Below are positions 9,997 to 19,247 of a stretch of 64,000 nt of DNA, piece by piece. The position numbers and the translations under genes are program-made. How positions within the stretch are numbered: position 1 is the stretch's first letter; each line of letters opens with the position of its first letter. The DNA lies in contig JAPKZG010000055.1 in assembly GCA_026393895.1 (NCBI GenBank), positions 101 to 64,100 of the forward strand, in the 5' to 3' direction. The notes under the pieces are model-generated. The model was not told the origin of the DNA. It did not search any database and saw only the letters and a program-made list of their open reading frames with translations. The DNA is from Candidatus Aminicenantes bacterium (GTDB taxonomy: Bacteria > Acidobacteriota > Aminicenantia > Aminicenantales > UBA4085).

Positions 9997-11268
9997 CTAT
10001 TTAACGGGAAGTCCGGACGGACCATCGAAGAGGCGAAGTTGGCCGTATTTTCCGTCATATCCGGGGAAGACGCGGACCTGTCCCCGGCGCGCCCGTTCGA
10101 CTCCGAGGGCGATACGTTCCGGGGCCGCCCGGCGAAGCTCGCCGCCGGGGATTTCGGTCAGAATCCGGTGCTCGTTTCCGAATTCCCGGATCAGCCGGAA
10201 GTAATAACCCCGAACCGACCGGCAGGCCGGGCTTCGTCCGCAGGCTTCTCCGATGATTTCATCGAGGGGGATCAGATGCAGCGAAGGGATTCTCCCTTCG
10301 GTCACCGGCCGCTCCGGCCGATCGGCCAGTTCCTCGATCCGGTGACGGACGCCGAGCGTCAGCGTTTTCCCGCAAGCGGGGCAGAGGTTTTTCTTTCTTC
10401 GGGATTCCTTCGGCGCGAGGACGATCCCGCAATTCCGGTGGCCGTCGGCGTAATATTTTCCCTCTTCCGGGTAAAATTCGACGGTGTAAAGAAACTTTGC
10501 GGGATTCCGGCTTCGAATCGCTTCGATGAGCCCCCGGTAGCTGAAATCCGCGTCGAACGCGTTGGCTTCACGGCCGAGCTTCGATGGGGAGTGAGCATCG
10601 GAGTTTGAAATCAAGGCGAACCGGTCCAGCGCCGAAACGCGCCGGATCATACGGGGGTCGGCGGAAAGGCCGGTTTCAAGGGCGATGATAAAGGGAGTCA
10701 TGTCCTCGAAGCAGTCCTCGACGGCATCGAAGCCTGATCGGGAACCGAAAAGAGAAAACCAGGGCGTCCAGATATGGGCGGGAACGATGAGGCAACGGGG
10801 ATTGATATCGGCGATCATTCGCGCAAACGAGGCCGCGTCCAGCCCGAGGATGGGACGGCCGTCGGACCGAAGATTTCCGATTTTGCCCAGGCGGAGATTG
10901 ATTTTTTCCGCCGTTTGGAGGTCGGGTGCGAGCAGAATCAAGTGGATTTTCCGGGTTTTTTCCTTCTGAGCGTAGATGAAACTCAATTCCGTGGACAGGA
11001 GGAAATGAACGTCGTCGGAAGCGGCGGCGAATTCCCGGGAGAGCCCGCCAGACGGCGGCTTCGGCTTTTTCAGCCGAAAAAAACCTTTTCCGGCCGGTTC
11101 GAGCTCCCGTTTGATCCGGTGCCACCATTCCGGATGGGTGAAATCTGAAGTACCGAGAAGGGCGAGGCCCTTGATTTTCGCCCAGGCGGCCAGCGTGTCG
11201 AAGGTCATGTCCTTCGACGTCGCCCGGGAAAATCGCGAATGAAGATGAAGATCGGTGAGAAATCGCAT
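9997..11268 (-). CDS. Endonuclease Q-like PHP-domain nuclease (TIGR00375-like) with C-terminal zinc finger
   Basis: N-terminal LTDLHLHSRFSRATS PHP signature, an NSDAHSP motif, and C-terminal CPACG...HRIEEL zinc-ribbon. Confidence 0.6.
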   Translation of the reverse strand: MRFLTDLHLHSRFSRATSKDMTFDTLAAWAKIKGLALLGTSDFTHPEWWHRIKRELEPAGKGFFRLKKPKPPSGGLSREFAAASDDVHFLLSTELSFIYAQKEKTRKIHLILLAPDLQTAEKINLRLGKIGNLRSDGRPILGLDAASFARMIADINPRCLIVPAHIWTPWFSLFGSRSGFDAVEDCFEDMTPFIIALETGLSADPRMIRRVSALDRFALISNSDAHSPSKLGREANAFDADFSYRGLIEAIRSRNPAKFLYTVEFYPEEGKYYADGHRNCGIVLAPKESRRKKNLCPACGKTLTLGVRHRIEELADRPERPVTEGRIPSLHLIPLDEIIGEACGRSPACRSVRGYYFRLIREFGNEHRILTEIPGGELRRAAPERIALGVERARRGQVRVFPGYDGKYGQLRLFDGPSGLPVK

Positions 11269-11314
11269 TCCCGCGTTCCAGTGTAGAAAAGGCCGGGCCC
11301 GTTGGCAAGGGCCA

Positions 11315-11405
11315 TTGACTTTTTTTCCTCCGCGAGTGTTAAAATCCTTTCGTCTTCATTCCAAAAACGCGGAGAATCCGGGCGAAAACGCCCGTCCGTT
11401 TTTGG
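11315..11405 (+). ncRNA. Candidate small RNA: an extended -10 promoter and a rho-independent terminator with no ORF between them
   Basis: TTGACT (11315-11320), then TGTTAAAAT (11337-11345), then the hairpin CCGGGCG-AAAA-CGCCCG followed by a T-run (11379-11405). No plausible CDS on either strand. Confidence 0.25.
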
Positions 11406-11550
11406 CTTGGAAGGTGGCTATATAAAGACGGACGAGAGACAGATGAAAAAGCAGCCGGATCTTCCTCCTGCCGGCCCTCCCGAAAAAGAGGACTTTTATT
11501 CCTCCATGAACGGCAGCTCCACGATCTAGTGGAGTTGTTACACGTACAGG

Positions 11551-12630
11551 TTATTCAACGACGAACTCGATCTTTTTCTCGCCTTTCAGGCCGGAAACGT
11601 TGTCGAGCATCTTGACGATCAGGACATAACTGCCGGCGGCGAGGTCCTGCTGTTTGTTTTCCACCTTGTCGCCCGTCCGGATCTCGAGCGATTGCGTCAT
11701 CGGAAGGGGCAGGCTGACCAGCGGCGATTGAAACTGCCCGGGGGCGAATTTGATCTGGGCTTTGTCGCCCTGGACGACTTCAAAATCGATTTGAATGTCG
11801 AATTTTCCGGCGTCGTTGGGGCGGGCGCCGTAGATGAAGAAGAAGAGGTCGAGCGCGTCGCCGACCTTGATGGTTTTCGTCAGGTTGGGGGTGATCCGGG
11901 CGACGGACCAGGAAAGAAGGCCCCGATGGAATCCGATCTTGGCTTCGGGTGCTTCGACCTGGCGGAATTCCTTCATGCAAAGGATGGTGGACGTTTCGAG
12001 TTTTTCGGTGAAACCGGCCGGATCGGGCAGGGAGAATTCGTAATACTGAATGCCGCTCTTGGTGAGATCATTGGAGGTCAGGGCGATTGCCGCCAGGTAA
12101 TTGCCCGGAGGGAGAGGATAGCCGAAGGAATACCAGTCCATGGCCTCGGGATCGTATCCGGTCGCGTCGGATTCAAGCGCCGCCGGTATGTAGAGTTCCT
12201 TCACGAGCGGGCCGGCGTTGCCGTTTTCAAGCTTGTAGAATTGGACGAAAACATGACCTTTGGCCTGGAGCTTGGCGGGGGGAACGGCTGCGGTCGGATC
12301 GGCGACGATGGGGGCGGCCGGGAGCGCATAACCCAGGTCCGCGTTTTTCACCTTCAGCAGAAAATAAACATAAATCACCTGCTGGGGGCCCGGCATGACG
12401 ACGGTCTCGCTGATGGTGAACGGGATGTCCGTCTTCACCGGTTGACGGGCGGCCAACCCGGCTTCCATCGCGGTTTTCACTTCTTTGGGAATGATGATCT
12501 TTTCCTGGGCCGCTTCTTTCTTGTTCTTATCGTTCTTATCGGGAACGGCGACGGGGGCGGCGCTTCCGACGCAGGCGATGAGGCTCAATATGAAGCCCGC
12601 ACAAATCATCGTGGAAATGGCTTTTTTCAT
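11551..12630 (-). CDS. Exported hypothetical protein (signal peptide)
   Basis: Start MKKAISTMICAGFILSLIACVGSA with an AAGGAGG SD; the rest has no recognisable domain. Candidate promoter TTGCAT-N18-TATAGA at 12655-12684 (minus). Confidence 0.6.
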   Translation of the reverse strand: MKKAISTMICAGFILSLIACVGSAAPVAVPDKNDKNKKEAAQEKIIIPKEVKTAMEAGLAARQPVKTDIPFTISETVVMPGPQQVIYVYFLLKVKNADLGYALPAAPIVADPTAAVPPAKLQAKGHVFVQFYKLENGNAGPLVKELYIPAALESDATGYDPEAMDWYSFGYPLPPGNYLAAIALTSNDLTKSGIQYYEFSLPDPAGFTEKLETSTILCMKEFRQVEAPEAKIGFHRGLLSWSVARITPNLTKTIKVGDALDLFFFIYGARPNDAGKFDIQIDFEVVQGDKAQIKFAPGQFQSPLVSLPLPMTQSLEIRTGDKVENKQQDLAAGSYVLIVKMLDNVSGLKGEKKIEFVVE

Positions 12631-12866
12631 GGACGTAAGTCCTCCTTTCGGCCATCTATAATTCATCCTTGCTCACGAATGCAATGTTTATGCCAAGCAA
12701 GAGCACGGATAACCTCATACTAAACAACAAGATATGAATCATTCGGCGTAAATATAATTTACGCGATTGTTCATTCTGAGAGGGGATGCGGTTCCGGCCT
12801 CTCATTAAGCGGGAAATATAGCAGAAATCCCAAGGCTGATGCAAATCGCCGGGGCGAACACGCCCT

Positions 12867-13874
12867 TCATTTTTGCCGGAAGGCGCGGACGGCGTTCTGG
12901 TGTTCTTTCAAGGTCCGGCTGAAGACGTGTCCGCCTTCGCCGCTGGCGACGAAAAAAATGAAATCCGCCGCCGCCGGAAAAAGGGCGGCTTCGATCGATG
13001 CCCTTCCGGGATTGCAAATCGGCCCCGGCGGAAGCCCCCCGACCAGGTAGGTGTTGTAGGGTGAATCGTACTTCAAATCCCGCTTTCGCAACTGTCCCCC
13101 AAACGTTCCGTCCCGTTTGAGGGCGAAGATGACCGTCGGGTCGCATTCGAGCTTCATTCCGATCCGGAGCCGATTGTGGAACACGGCCGAAACGAGGGGT
13201 TTTTCCTCCAGAAGCCTCGTTTCCTTTTCGATGAGCGAGGCGAGAATGACCGCTTCGCGTGGGGTCATCCCGATTTCGGCCGCCCGGCGCCGCGCCTCCG
13301 GCCCGAAGATGTCCTTGAATTGGGCGATCATGCCCGACAGAATCTCGGATGAGGACACGCCTTTGGGAAGGCGGTAGGTCTCCGGAAAAAGATATCCTTC
13401 GAGGTCGGCGGCGGCCGGATCGATCAGGGCGATTTCCGCGATGTCCTTGAATCCCGTTTCGAACGCTTCCCGCGTGCCGAAGGAGGCGGAGAGGAAGACG
13501 TCGAACGTCTCGGCGGCGGTAAGTCCCTCGGGGACCGTAACCGGATGGAGATAGATTTTCCCCCGAAGGAGGGTCTCCAGGGTTTCCTTCGTCCTGCGGC
13601 CGGCCTGAAGAGCAAATTCCCCCGCCTTGATGTTTTCCGCTTGGTGAAAAATTTTGTAAAAGAGAATAAACGGGGCGGATTTCCGGATCAGGCCGCGAGC
13701 TTTCAGGGATTCCGCGACCGAACGGACGCTTTGGCCTTTTTCGACCTCGAAAATGACGATTCCGGATCCGGTGTCCGGCGGACGGCTTTCCCAAATGAGC
13801 CATCCGGCCCCCCCGAGAAGTCCGATCATCCCGAGGACGAAGATGATTTCAATGAGAACGCGTATCCGGCGCAT
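12867..13874 (-). CDS. mltG: Endolytic murein transglycosylase MltG (YceG family)
   Basis: N-terminal TM helix followed by a YceG-like domain (…GLPPGPICNPG…). Confidence 0.9.
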   Translation of the reverse strand: MRRIRVLIEIIFVLGMIGLLGGAGWLIWESRPPDTGSGIVIFEVEKGQSVRSVAESLKARGLIRKSAPFILFYKIFHQAENIKAGEFALQAGRRTKETLETLLRGKIYLHPVTVPEGLTAAETFDVFLSASFGTREAFETGFKDIAEIALIDPAAADLEGYLFPETYRLPKGVSSSEILSGMIAQFKDIFGPEARRRAAEIGMTPREAVILASLIEKETRLLEEKPLVSAVFHNRLRIGMKLECDPTVIFALKRDGTFGGQLRKRDLKYDSPYNTYLVGGLPPGPICNPGRASIEAALFPAAADFIFFVASGEGGHVFSRTLKEHQNAVRAFRQK

Positions 13875-14289
13875 CGGTTGCCTGTCCGTCGAGGTACGCC
13901 TGAAGAATGAGGGCGGCGGAAATTTGATTCACCACGGAGCGCCGGTCCTCGACCCGGACGCTCTGCTCCTGCATGATTGTGGTCGCCTGCCGCGTCGTCA
14001 GGCGCTCGTCCCAAAAAACGACCTTGCGGCCGACGCTTGCCTCAAGCCATCGGGCGAACGCCCGGGTTTTTTCCGCCCGGCTTCCCGGCGTGCCGTCCAT
14101 GCGGAGGGGCAGGCCGAGGACGATCCGTTCGACCCCGTGTTTTTGGACGAGTTCGCGGAAAAAAGCGGCGTTGTCGGCCTTTTTTTCCTTGAGAGTGTAG
14201 GTCTCCAGCGGTTGGGCGATCATCCCGAGAGGGTCGCTCAGGGCCAGGCCGATGTGCCGATCACCGTAATCGACGCCGAGAATCCTCAT
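13849..14289 (-). CDS. ruvX: Putative pre-16S rRNA nuclease / Holliday junction resolvase-like RuvX (YqgF)
   Basis: MRILGVDYGDRHIGLALSD...; its ATG overlaps the ddl stop (ATGA). The longer ORF-track version would span ddl. Confidence 0.9.
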   Translation of the reverse strand: MRILGVDYGDRHIGLALSDPLGMIAQPLETYTLKEKKADNAAFFRELVQKHGVERIVLGLPLRMDGTPGSRAEKTRAFARWLEASVGRKVVFWDERLTTRQATTIMQEQSVRVEDRRSVVNQISAALILQAYLDGQATDAPDTRSH

Positions 14290-15353
14290 CGGCAGTCGCG
14301 GTCGATGCAGCGCTTCTTCGTCCGGTGCCGCTCGAGGGCCAGGAGAATGAGTCGGTCGACGAGGGCCGGGAACGGAAGGCCCGACGCGGCCCAGAGCTTG
14401 GGATACATGCTGATCGCCGTGAATCCGGGAATCGTGTTGATTTCGTTGACGAAGAGCCGTCGTGTTTTCTTTTCCAGGAAGAAATCGAGGCGGGCCATCC
14501 CGGAACATTCGCAGGCGCGGAACGCTTCCAAGGCCAGCCTCCGGGCCCGGGCGGCGACGGCGGCCGGAAGGACGGCCGGGATCACGAATCCGGTTTTCTT
14601 ATCCAGGTATTTGTCGGCGTAAGTGTAAAACTCGTCTCCCGGGATGATTTCGCCCATCACGGAGGCCTCCGGGTCGTCGTTGCCCAGGACCGCGCCTTCG
14701 AACTCCCGGCAGTCGAGGCCTTGCTCGATCAGGATCTTCCGGTCGTAGAGAAAGGCTGTTTTCATCGCCGGCCCCAATTCCGCCCAGAATTTCACCTTGG
14801 TGATGCCGACGCTCGATCCGAGATTGGCCGGTTTGACGAACAGCGGAAGTTTCAGCCGGGTCCGGATCCGACGGAGGACGGCCCGGGACGCGCGGGCCGC
14901 TTCCGGCTCGACGACGACCTCGTGGAGAACGATGGGGAGGCCGCGGGCGCGGAACATCTCCTTCATGACCTCCTTATCCATGCTCATGGCCGATCCGAGG
15001 GTGCCGGCCCCGACAAACGGAACGTCGGCCAGCTCAAGGAGGCCTTGAATCGTGCCGTCTTCGCCCCCGGGGCCGTGAAGGATCGGCCAGAAGACGTCGG
15101 CGCGCAGCGCCGTCGCCTCACCGCTTTTTTCCCAGGGGAGGAACGAATGAAACGGCCCCCGGCCGAGTCGGTCCGACGTCAAATGAGGAGACGCCACTTC
15201 GCTCCAGCGGCCGCTTTTGTCGATGAAGACGCTGCGGCACCGGTAGCGGGCGGGATCCAGGTTGTCGTAGACGGCCCGGGCCGAGGTGATCGAGACTTCG
15301 TGTTCCGCGGATCGTCCGCCAAAAAACAGGACGACGGTCAAAGAAGATTTCAT
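14286..15353 (-). CDS. ddl: D-alanine--D-alanine ligase
   Basis: ATP-grasp enzyme with FPILHGPGGEDGTIQGLLE and NEINTIPG motifs. Confidence 0.95.
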   Translation of the reverse strand: MKSSLTVVLFFGGRSAEHEVSITSARAVYDNLDPARYRCRSVFIDKSGRWSEVASPHLTSDRLGRGPFHSFLPWEKSGEATALRADVFWPILHGPGGEDGTIQGLLELADVPFVGAGTLGSAMSMDKEVMKEMFRARGLPIVLHEVVVEPEAARASRAVLRRIRTRLKLPLFVKPANLGSSVGITKVKFWAELGPAMKTAFLYDRKILIEQGLDCREFEGAVLGNDDPEASVMGEIIPGDEFYTYADKYLDKKTGFVIPAVLPAAVAARARRLALEAFRACECSGMARLDFFLEKKTRRLFVNEINTIPGFTAISMYPKLWAASGLPFPALVDRLILLALERHRTKKRCIDRDCR

Positions 15354-15408
15354 GGATAGTCCGCGACTATTTTAAAAAAAAGCGGGGCTTCTGTCTATGA
15401 GGGAAACG

Positions 15409-15678
15409 TCAGAGGGTGTTCTTGAATGAACGGCTGGGATTGAATTTGATCCTCTTTTTTTTCGGGATCTGGATCGTTGTCCCCGTTTTCGGATTCCGTC
15501 CTTTGCGGGCCTCGCGGACTTTGACTTCAAAACTTCCGAAACCGGCCAGATTGATTTTTTTTCCCTGGTTCAAGGACTCCTTCATCCCCTGGAGAAGCGA
15601 CGAGAACGCTTTTTGGGCCTGGGACAGAGTGATCCCGCCGTCCCGGGACATCCGGGCCAAGATATCTTTCTTGCCCAT
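15409..15678 (-). CDS. hup: DNA-binding protein HU
   Basis: 89 aa containing GFGSFEVKVREARKGRNPKTG. Strong minus-strand promoter TTGACA-N18-TATGAT (15714-15743) and an AGGAGG SD. Confidence 0.9.
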   Translation of the reverse strand: MGKKDILARMSRDGGITLSQAQKAFSSLLQGMKESLNQGKKINLAGFGSFEVKVREARKGRNPKTGTTIQIPKKKRIKFNPSRSFKNTL

Positions 15679-15770
15679 GGGGAACCTCCTCTCTTGCTGA
15701 TGCCGATGACTGAATCATAACCATGGAATCACGGGATTGTCAAGCGGCTTCGGCCTTTGCCCGGGACTCG

Positions 15771-15799
15771 TTGACAGCTCGAAAAGCCCCCGTTATAAT
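15771..15799 (+). promoter_or_regulatory. Perfect-consensus sigma70 promoter TTGACA-N17-TATAAT
   Basis: Predicted TSS ~15806, 3 nt before the ATG at 15809, so the downstream gene is probably leaderless. Confidence 0.65.
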
Positions 15800-15808
15800 G
15801 AAAATAAG

Positions 15809-16636
15809 ATGACTGGGGCGCGGGCCCGGAAAGGTCGGATCATGATGCAACCTCGTCGATTCATGGCGGCGGCGGTCGGGTTCTTCCTTGTCGGGGGATT
15901 CGTCGGACTCGGGTCGTCTTTCGCCCAGGACGTCCTCGAGAGAAAAATCGCCGTGCCGAAGCTGATCGGGCAGGCGGACCTGGATTGTTCCTGCTACGTT
16001 CTGGAATCGGCCCCGCAACTTCAAATTTCCTCCCAGGTTCGCGCCGGCGAGAACACGATGTTGTCGGACGGAGATTTGTTTTACGCCGATCCGGTCCCGG
16101 GGACCGAAGCTTTCGTGGAAGATTCCTTTTGGTCCATCCTGGAGTGGGGTCCGCGCGTCCGGGGGCAGAGCTCGCCCGAGGCGCTGGGACACGTCGTCTT
16201 CCTGCGGGGCCGGGCCCGGGTCGTCCGGGTCGAATCCGGCCGGGCGGTAATGGAAATCGTAAAATCCTGCGGGATGATCACGACGGGATTACTCCTCGTT
16301 CCTTACGAGAAAGGCGAAATCCTGACCGGCCCCGAATTGGACTACGACGTTCCGTTCCAAACGGAAAACGCCCTGACGGGACGGATTGTCTTCACGGAAA
16401 ACGATTGGACGAACATCATCGCCCGAGGTCACTGGGCCTTGATCGATATCGGAGCAGACCAAGGGCTCACCCGCGGGACGCAAATGACCATTTTCCGCCA
16501 AGAAGGGAAGAAGCCTCCCCAGGCCGTCGGGAACACGGTAGTCGTCCGGGCCGGGGGCCGTTGGGCGACGGTGAAAATCCTCGACTCCAAGGACACCATT
16601 CTGATGGGAGATTTCGTTCAAATCAAACCTATTTGA
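15809..16636 (+). CDS. Exported hypothetical protein (possibly leaderless; alternative start 15842)
   Basis: The ORF-track start at 15737 would span the promoter. A signal peptide is present (MMQPRRFMAAAVGFFLVGGFVGLGSSFAQD). No recognised domain. Confidence 0.55.
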   Translation: MTGARARKGRIMMQPRRFMAAAVGFFLVGGFVGLGSSFAQDVLERKIAVPKLIGQADLDCSCYVLESAPQLQISSQVRAGENTMLSDGDLFYADPVPGTEAFVEDSFWSILEWGPRVRGQSSPEALGHVVFLRGRARVVRVESGRAVMEIVKSCGMITTGLLLVPYEKGEILTGPELDYDVPFQTENALTGRIVFTENDWTNIIARGHWALIDIGADQGLTRGTQMTIFRQEGKKPPQAVGNTVVVRAGGRWATVKILDSKDTILMGDFVQIKPI

Positions 16637-16706
16637 CAGGTTTTCGACTTTCTGTTAGTTTAGCGCCGTGTTTTCCGGGATCGATCCCCGGGAACGCGGC
16701 CGTTGC

Positions 16707-16781
16707 GCGGGCGTAGTTCAGTGGTAGAACGTCTGCTTGCCATGCAGAAGGCCGTGGGTTCAAGTCCCATCGCCCGCTCCA
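16707..16781 (+). tRNA. tRNA-Gly (GCC)
   Basis: Cloverleaf GCGGGCG...TCTGC-TTGCCAT-GCAGA...CGCCCGC-T-CCA read directly. Candidate promoter TTGACA-N17-TAGTTT at 16633-16661. Confidence 0.9.
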
Positions 16782-16809
16782 ATCCACCGTTTCCGATTGA
16801 TGAGAAAAC

Positions 16810-16884
16810 GGCGCGGTACCCAAGTGGCAAGGGAGAGGTCTGCAAAACCTCGATTCGCCGGTTCGAATCCGGCCCGCGCCTCCA
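16810..16884 (+). tRNA. tRNA-Cys (GCA)
   Basis: GGCGCGG...GAGGT-CTGCAAA-ACCTC...CCGCGCC-T-CCA. Confidence 0.9.
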
Positions 16885-16920
16885 TTTTTCGTCCCGCTGC
16901 ATCGAAATTCTCGAAATCGA

Positions 16921-16949
16921 TTGACACGTCCGAATAATCTGACTATAGT
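16921..16949 (+). promoter_or_regulatory. Sigma70 promoter TTGACA-N17-TATAGT for the Yip1-like gene
   Basis: Followed by a GGAAAGGAGGAG SD before the ATG at 16982. Confidence 0.6.
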
Positions 16950-16981
16950 TTTCCCGCTACATTGAACGGAAAGGAGGAGCC

Positions 16982-17575
16982 ATGAATCTGATCGCTCGTG
17001 TTCAAGGCATCTGTCTGAAGCCCAAGGAAGAGTGGGTCAAAATCAAGGGCGAACCGACGCCCGTGATGACCCTCTTTATGCAGTACGTCATTCCCCTGGC
17101 CGCGATTCCCGCTATCGCCCAGTTCATCGGTTTCGCGCTGATCGGCATCCGTGTGCCGTTCTTCGGAAATCTCCGCCTCCCGATCGGGACGGCGCTTTTC
17201 CGTGCCCTCCTGTCGTATGTTTTGACCGTGGTGTCCGCGTATGTGGCGGGGATTATCGTCAACGCCCTGGCCCCCACGTTCGCCTCGAAGCAGAATACGG
17301 AAAACGCGATGAAACTGGTCGTTTATTCCATGACGCCGGCTTGGATCGCGGGAATCTTCAACATCATTCCTTCCCTGGGCATCATCGCCGGGCTGGCAGG
17401 TCTCTACGGCCTTTATATCCTGTATCTCGGATTCCAGAACCCGATGATGGAGACGCCCCAGGATAAGGTGGTCTCTTATCTCGTCGTCAGCCTTCTCGTC
17501 ATCGTGGGCTTGTGGGTCGTCGTCGGCCTGGTTGTCGGCGGGATCTTCGCCTTTAGGTCGGTTCCGGGATTATAA
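16982..17575 (+). CDS. Yip1-family membrane protein
   Basis: Five TM helices; Yip1/DUF1282 topology. Confidence 0.7.
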   Translation: MNLIARVQGICLKPKEEWVKIKGEPTPVMTLFMQYVIPLAAIPAIAQFIGFALIGIRVPFFGNLRLPIGTALFRALLSYVLTVVSAYVAGIIVNALAPTFASKQNTENAMKLVVYSMTPAWIAGIFNIIPSLGIIAGLAGLYGLYILYLGFQNPMMETPQDKVVSYLVVSLLVIVGLWVVVGLVVGGIFAFRSVPGL

Positions 17576-18298
17576 GCCGGATTCGAGTTCTCGGACGATA
17601 TTCGCGAACGCTTCGGCGGGGGAGGCCGCCTGCGTGATCGGCCTCCCTATGACCAGGTAATCCGATCCTTTCGCCACCGCCAGGGCCGGAGTCATCACCC
17701 GTTTCTGGTCCTGAACAGCGGCGCCGGCGGGCCGGATTCCCGGCGTGACGATTAGAAAATCCGGTCCGACTTCTTTCCGGACAATTTCAATTTCCTTAGC
17801 CGAACAGACGACTCCGGAGAGCCCCGAGGATTTAGCCAACGCGGCCAGGCGGAGAACCTGACCCGGCATGTCGGGCGCCATCCCGACCGACGCCAAGTCC
17901 TCGTTTTGCAGACTGGTCAGGATCGTGACGCCGAGGAGGATCGGCTTTGCCAGGCCCCGCTTATCCGCTTCCTCGGCGGCCGTTTCCACCGCCCGGGCCA
18001 TCATGGCCCTTCCTCCCGAAGTATGGATCGTCATCATCCGGGCGCCGTACCGGACGCCGATCCGGGCCGCTTCCCCGACGGTGTTGGGAATGTCGTGAAG
18101 CTTGAGGTCGAGAAAGACGCCTTTACCCGTCGATTGGATTTCCTGAAGCAGGGCCGGGCCTTCGGCGGTGAACAGTTCCAGTCCGACTTTGAAAAGGGCG
18201 GCCTGATCTAATTGACGGACGAGGGCCAGGGCTTGGGCCATGTTTTCCACATCCAGGGCGGTGATGATGCGTTGGGCCGGAGTGAGGACGGCGGTCAT
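17570..18298 (-). CDS. pyrF: Orotidine 5'-phosphate decarboxylase
   Basis: The C-terminal 242 aa of the 618-aa ORF read MTAVLTPAQRIITALDV...DLKLHDIPNTV...; the remainder of that ORF is out-of-frame artefact. Confidence 0.9.
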   Translation of the reverse strand: MTAVLTPAQRIITALDVENMAQALALVRQLDQAALFKVGLELFTAEGPALLQEIQSTGKGVFLDLKLHDIPNTVGEAARIGVRYGARMMTIHTSGGRAMMARAVETAAEEADKRGLAKPILLGVTILTSLQNEDLASVGMAPDMPGQVLRLAALAKSSGLSGVVCSAKEIEIVRKEVGPDFLIVTPGIRPAGAAVQDQKRVMTPALAVAKGSDYLVIGRPITQAASPAEAFANIVRELESGL

Positions 18299-18327
18299 GC
18301 GGATGTTCTCCTGAGTGGTATTTGAAT

Positions 18328-19245
18328 TCAGCGGTTTGTTTCGAGCGTTCCGACGATATCGGCGACGCGGGCGATACCCCGGGCGTCGCAATATTCTGCG
18401 ATTTCGTGGACAATCCGGACGGAGGCGGCCGGATCGACGAAGTTGGCCGTGCCGACCTGGACCGCCCGCGCTCCAACCAGCATGAATTCGAGGGCGTCCC
18501 GGCCGGTGCATATTCCGCCCATCCCGATGATCGGAATCCTGACCGCCTGGGCGACTTGATACGTCATGCGGAGGGCGACCGGTTTGATGGCCGGTCCACT
18601 CAACCCGCCGAAGACGTTGCCCAATTTGGGCCGGCGGGTTTCGAGGTCGACGGCCATGGCCAGCAAGGTGTTGATCAGCGAGATCCCGTCCGCCCCGCCG
18701 TCCTCGGCCGCCCGGGCGATTTCGGCGATGTTCGTCACGTTGGGGGAAAGCTTGACCACCAACGGCCGGCGGCTGCGCTGCTTGGCCGTCGCGACAATCG
18801 TCCGGGTCATATGTGGATTCATGGCCGGACAGGCCCCGTTCAGTTTGACGTTTGGGCAGGAGATGTTGAGCTCGTAGGCGGCGATCCCGTCGTAGCGGTT
18901 GAGAAACTCGATGACCTGGAAATATTCCTCGTCGCCGTCTCCGCAGACGTTGACGATGACGGTCGCGTCGTGTTTGCGGAGTTCGGGCAGGACGTCGGCG
19001 GCAAAATGCTCGACGCCCACGCCCGGCAGGCCGATGGCGTTGATCAGACCCGAAGCGGTTTCGACCAGCCGCGGCGGGGGATTCCCTTCCCGCGGCCCGT
19101 AATAGAGTCCCTTGACGACGATCCCGCCGATTGCGGAAAGATCCAAGAACGACAAAAATTCCATCCCGTAACCGAACGTGCCGCTGGCGGTGAGCACGGG
19201 GTTCCGGAGTTGGAGAAAGCCGAGATCGGCGCGGAGATCGGCCAT
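18328..19245 (-). CDS. pyrD: Dihydroorotate dehydrogenase catalytic subunit (class 1B)
   Basis: GGIVVKGLYYGPREGNPPPR... family signature. ATG at 19245 with a GAGGAGG SD. Confidence 0.9.
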   Translation of the reverse strand: MADLRADLGFLQLRNPVLTASGTFGYGMEFLSFLDLSAIGGIVVKGLYYGPREGNPPPRLVETASGLINAIGLPGVGVEHFAADVLPELRKHDATVIVNVCGDGDEEYFQVIEFLNRYDGIAAYELNISCPNVKLNGACPAMNPHMTRTIVATAKQRSRRPLVVKLSPNVTNIAEIARAAEDGGADGISLINTLLAMAVDLETRRPKLGNVFGGLSGPAIKPVALRMTYQVAQAVRIPIIGMGGICTGRDALEFMLVGARAVQVGTANFVDPAASVRIVHEIAEYCDARGIARVADIVGTLETNR

Positions 19246-19247
19246 GG

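Noticed and set aside
11302-11529. 75-aa plus-strand ORF
   Set aside because: Spans the candidate sRNA promoter and terminator, has no SD, and has low-complexity composition.
15354-15408. T8 run downstream of the hup gene as a terminator
   Set aside because: No convincing GC-rich stem precedes the T-run on the minus strand.
15737-15808. ORF-track start at 15737 for the exported protein
   Set aside because: That region contains the consensus promoter (15771-15799), so translation must start downstream at 15809 or 15842.
16629-16902. Minus-strand ORFs over the tRNA genes
   Set aside because: They overlap two well-formed tRNAs; spurious.
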